Shown here: positions 9,941-12,477 of the stretch, piece by piece
Position numbering within the stretch: position 1 is the first letter of the stretch
How the letters are laid out: each line of letters starts with the position of its first letter
Source: Fidelibacterota bacterium MT.SAG.3
GTDB taxonomy: Bacteria > Fidelibacterota > SORT01
Direction: 5' to 3'
Assembly: GCA_004402895.1 (NCBI GenBank)
Contig: SORT01000039.1
Coordinates: 1-12,477, forward strand
Length of the DNA: 12,477 bases
Position numbers and translations under genes: made by a program
Notes under the pieces: generated by a model
Seen by the model: the letters and a program-made list of their open reading frames with translations, nothing else
What the model was told of the DNA's origin: nothing
Database searches by the model: none

Positions 9941-11310
9941 TGTTAGAGCTCAGGCAAACACAGGGACTACGGTTAGTACAATCTCCTCAGCAAATCCTTC
10001 TATCGAGTTTACTGCAGTTACAGGTTCAGGCATTGGAATTGAGAATACATAACGAGCTCGAGATGAATCCCTTGCTTGAAATGGATGAATTGACTGACGT
10101 AGAGCTCGAAGAAGTCGAAGAAACAGATGACGGTGAAGAGTTTGAATTAGAGGATTTTTTTGATAATGATGACAACTATGAACACAAAGCACAACGTGAT
10201 AACTCTCTCGAAGAACGTGATATGCCTCAGGTTGCCCGAACAACATTCAAGGAATTTCTTTTAGATCAGCTTCATCAGCTTGACTTGAGCAAGGATGAAA
10301 GGAGAATCGGTGAAGAGATCATTTGGAATATCGAATCGAATGGATACTTAACCGCAACTTTAGAGTCGATCGCGGAGTTGACCGAAACGGATGTCTCCGT
10401 TTGTAGAAAAGTTCAAGCGAAAATATTAAAATTGAATCCCCCAGGTATCGGGGCGCTGACACTTCGGGAATGCTTGCTCGCTCAAATGGAAGAAAACGAA
10501 AAAAACGGACTTACGTATCTGATACTTAAGGATTATTTCGATCATTTTGCAAATAAACGATTCGAGAAAATTATAAGTGAGCTTGACATCAGAATGGAAG
10601 ACATCGTGAAAGTGAATGAGGAGATAGCAAAACTTAATCCGAAACCGGGACTGAGTTTTGCCGATCAAAAGTTGAATTATGTAATTCCTGATTTCACGGT
10701 GGAAAACAACAACGGAAACTTAACGGTGGTTCTCAACGACTTTTCATTACCCGAATTAAAGATAAGCGAACAGTATAAGACGATGGCTGAGGATAAGAAA
10801 AATGTGGATAAGGAGACCCGGAACTATTTGAAGAAAAAATTAGAGTCTGCCCGCTGGCTTATTGCATCAATATATCAACGAAAACTGACTATGTTGAAGG
10901 TTATGGAAGCGATAGTAGGAAGGCAGATGAAATGGTTTGAATTAGGACCCGGTCATCTGATGCCGATGATACAAAAGGATATTGCGGTAGATATAAAGAT
11001 GGACCACTCTACTGTCAGCAGGGCGACTGATGGTAAATATGTCCAAACGGATAACGGAGTTTTCCCTCTAAAGTATTTCTTTAGTGAAGGACTCGAACGA
11101 AGCGACGGTGAGGTTGTTTCAACAAGCAACATAAAAATACGTCTGAAGGAGTTGATAGAAAATGAACCAAACAGTAAACCGTTAAGCGATGATAAATTAA
11201 CCAAAATGCTTATGAGCGAAGGATTTAATGTAGCCCGTAGAACAGTGGCTAAATACAGAGAATACATGAAGATACCTGTTGCTCGTTTAAGAAGAAAAAT
11301 AGGAGATTAA
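9940..11310 (+). CDS. rpoN: RNA polymerase sigma-54 factor
   Basis: Gln/Leu-rich region I (LRQTQGLRLVQSPQQILLSSLLQLQVQALE), an acidic region II (DVELEEVEETDDGEEFELEDFFDNDD), and a C-terminal HTH with the RpoN box ARRTVAKYRE. 456 aa. TAATG overlap with lptB. Confidence 0.96.
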   Translation: MLELRQTQGLRLVQSPQQILLSSLLQLQVQALELRIHNELEMNPLLEMDELTDVELEEVEETDDGEEFELEDFFDNDDNYEHKAQRDNSLEERDMPQVARTTFKEFLLDQLHQLDLSKDERRIGEEIIWNIESNGYLTATLESIAELTETDVSVCRKVQAKILKLNPPGIGALTLRECLLAQMEENEKNGLTYLILKDYFDHFANKRFEKIISELDIRMEDIVKVNEEIAKLNPKPGLSFADQKLNYVIPDFTVENNNGNLTVVLNDFSLPELKISEQYKTMAEDKKNVDKETRNYLKKKLESARWLIASIYQRKLTMLKVMEAIVGRQMKWFELGPGHLMPMIQKDIAVDIKMDHSTVSRATDGKYVQTDNGVFPLKYFFSEGLERSDGEVVSTSNIKIRLKELIENEPNSKPLSDDKLTKMLMSEGFNVARRTVAKYREYMKIPVARLRRKIGD

Positions 11311-11315
11311 TTAAA

Positions 11316-12302
11316 ATGGAATATAAAAAAGTGATAATAGGGGGAGAGGAATTTATGATTCCAAAGCTGGCAACAGTCGGCAACTCCGTTCTTATTATAG
11401 GAATCGTGGCAGTGGCTTTGATCTGGTCCTCTTTCTACAGTGTAGGACCGGATGAGGTGGGTGTAATTCTTAGGTTTGGAAAGTATGTGAGAACTACAGA
11501 GAGTGGACTACATATGAAATTACCATTCGGAGTAGAACAAGTGAAGAAACCGAAAATAAGAAAAAGGTTCACTCAGGAATTCGGTTTCAGAACTCTGAAA
11601 GCCGGAGTGCAATCCACTATTACTAAATCAGGATACGGTAATGAATCTCTGATGTTGACAGGTGACCTGAATAGCGCTGTAGTTACCTGGATAGTGCAAT
11701 ATCAGATCAAAGATCCGATGGATTTTCTCTTTAATGTCCGTAAGGTCGAGGGAACAATAAGGGATATTTCCGAAGTTGCGATGCGACAGACAGTCGGCGA
11801 CCGTAGTGTTGATGAAATCTTAACATTCGGACGAGGTGAGATAAACCAGGAAGTTCAGGTTATCATGCAGGAAATCCTCGATTCATACGGTCTTGGCGTT
11901 CAGATCGTATTAGTAAATCTTCAGGACGTCGATCCGCCTCCGAGTGTAAAACCTGCGTTTGATGAAGTGAATGCCGCTACGCAGGATATGGACAGGCTAA
12001 TCCAGGAAGCGAGAAGAGAATTTAATGAGTCGGTTCCGAGGGCGAAGGGTCGAGCCGAGCAACAAGTAAGGCAAGCGGAAGCGTATGCGGTCGAACGCAT
12101 CAATCTTGCAGAGGGTGAAGCTAGCCGATTTATTTCTCTTCACAATGAATACAGAAAGGCGAAAAGAGTTACAAAGCGAAGGATGTATCTCGAAACACTC
12201 GCAGAAGTTCTTCCGAAAATAGCAAATAAATGGATCATAGAAGGCGGCGATAGCGGTATCTTAAAACTTCTTGATCTAAATATGAAAAAAGGAGTGAAAT
12301 AA
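11316..12302 (+). CDS. hflK: SPFH/band-7 protein, HflK-like FtsH protease modulator
   Basis: N-terminal TM helix (VLIIGIVAVALIW), then the characteristic SPFH start VGPDEVGVILRFGKY and the HflK pattern ...LMLTGDLN...QDVDPP..V..AF..V..A.QD..R.I.EA..Y.N..VP.A.G.A. 328 aa. Confidence 0.85.
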   Translation: MEYKKVIIGGEEFMIPKLATVGNSVLIIGIVAVALIWSSFYSVGPDEVGVILRFGKYVRTTESGLHMKLPFGVEQVKKPKIRKRFTQEFGFRTLKAGVQSTITKSGYGNESLMLTGDLNSAVVTWIVQYQIKDPMDFLFNVRKVEGTIRDISEVAMRQTVGDRSVDEILTFGRGEINQEVQVIMQEILDSYGLGVQIVLVNLQDVDPPPSVKPAFDEVNAATQDMDRLIQEARREFNESVPRAKGRAEQQVRQAEAYAVERINLAEGEASRFISLHNEYRKAKRVTKRRMYLETLAEVLPKIANKWIIEGGDSGILKLLDLNMKKGVK

Positions 12303-12448
12303 TGAAGAGGAGCATATTAATAATAATTATAGTTGCGGCGGGTATTGTTGCGTCTTCCTCAACATTTGTACTCAATCAAACTCAACAAGCTGTTATCGTA
12401 CAGTTCGGTAAACCGGTAAGGTCAATCCCTTGTTTTCAACAAACGTAA
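12302..12448 (+). CDS. hflC: HflC-like SPFH protein, N-terminal 48 codons only. It ends at an in-window stop codon and may be a pseudogene or frameshift.
   Basis: TAATG overlap with hflK and a GGAG RBS upstream. MKRSILIIIIVAAGIVASSSTFVLNQTQQAVIVQFGKPVRS is a typical HflC N-terminus, with a TM helix followed by the SPFH start (AVIVQFGKPV). The frame hits TAA at 12446-12448, where a full HflC would run about 290 aa. Confidence 0.5.
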   Translation: MKRSILIIIIVAAGIVASSSTFVLNQTQQAVIVQFGKPVRSIPCFQQT

Positions 12449-12477
12449 ATTTCAGAAACGTCCCGATAATATCAAAA

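Noticed and set aside
8546-11267. Short ORFs antisense to or out of frame with lptC, lptB and rpoN (8546-8797, 8910-9152, 9149-9385, 9798-10052 +, 9950-10246, 10426-10668, 10953-11267) and 11921-12103 antisense to hflK
   Set aside because: Same reasoning as above: each overlaps a confidently called gene and has no independent support.

Overview
All 16 gene calls in this window lie on the + strand, in an AT-rich genome of a diderm (LPS-producing) bacterium. Start and stop codons abut or overlap throughout, so the window reads as two polycistronic blocks separated by one 112-nt intergenic region at 3489-3600. (1) Positions 1-3488 encode a tripartite MacAB/Lol-like ABC system: a 5'-truncated periplasmic adaptor, a stand-alone ATPase and two tandem paralogous FtsX/MacB-type permeases. 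(2) Positions 3601 to the window end form an 11-gene envelope-biogenesis super-operon: gatC, kdsB, pyrG, kdsA, kdsC, kdsD, lptC (lipoprotein-type signal), lptB, rpoN, hflK and an hflC-like ORF that stops after 48 codons. No tRNA or rRNA genes, CRISPR arrays, mobile elements or long repeats were seen. All minus-strand ORFs in the track lie antisense to well-supported + strand genes and are judged spurious. The main points of interest are: candidate sigma-70-like and sigma-54-like promoter motifs packed into the single intergenic region, upstream of an operon that itself encodes sigma-54; lptC directly abutting lptB with no lptA; a possible lipobox on LptC; pyrG embedded in the KDO operon; and the truncated hflC-like ORF. 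No obviously novel system is evident. Functional calls rest on motifs recognised by eye, not on database searches.
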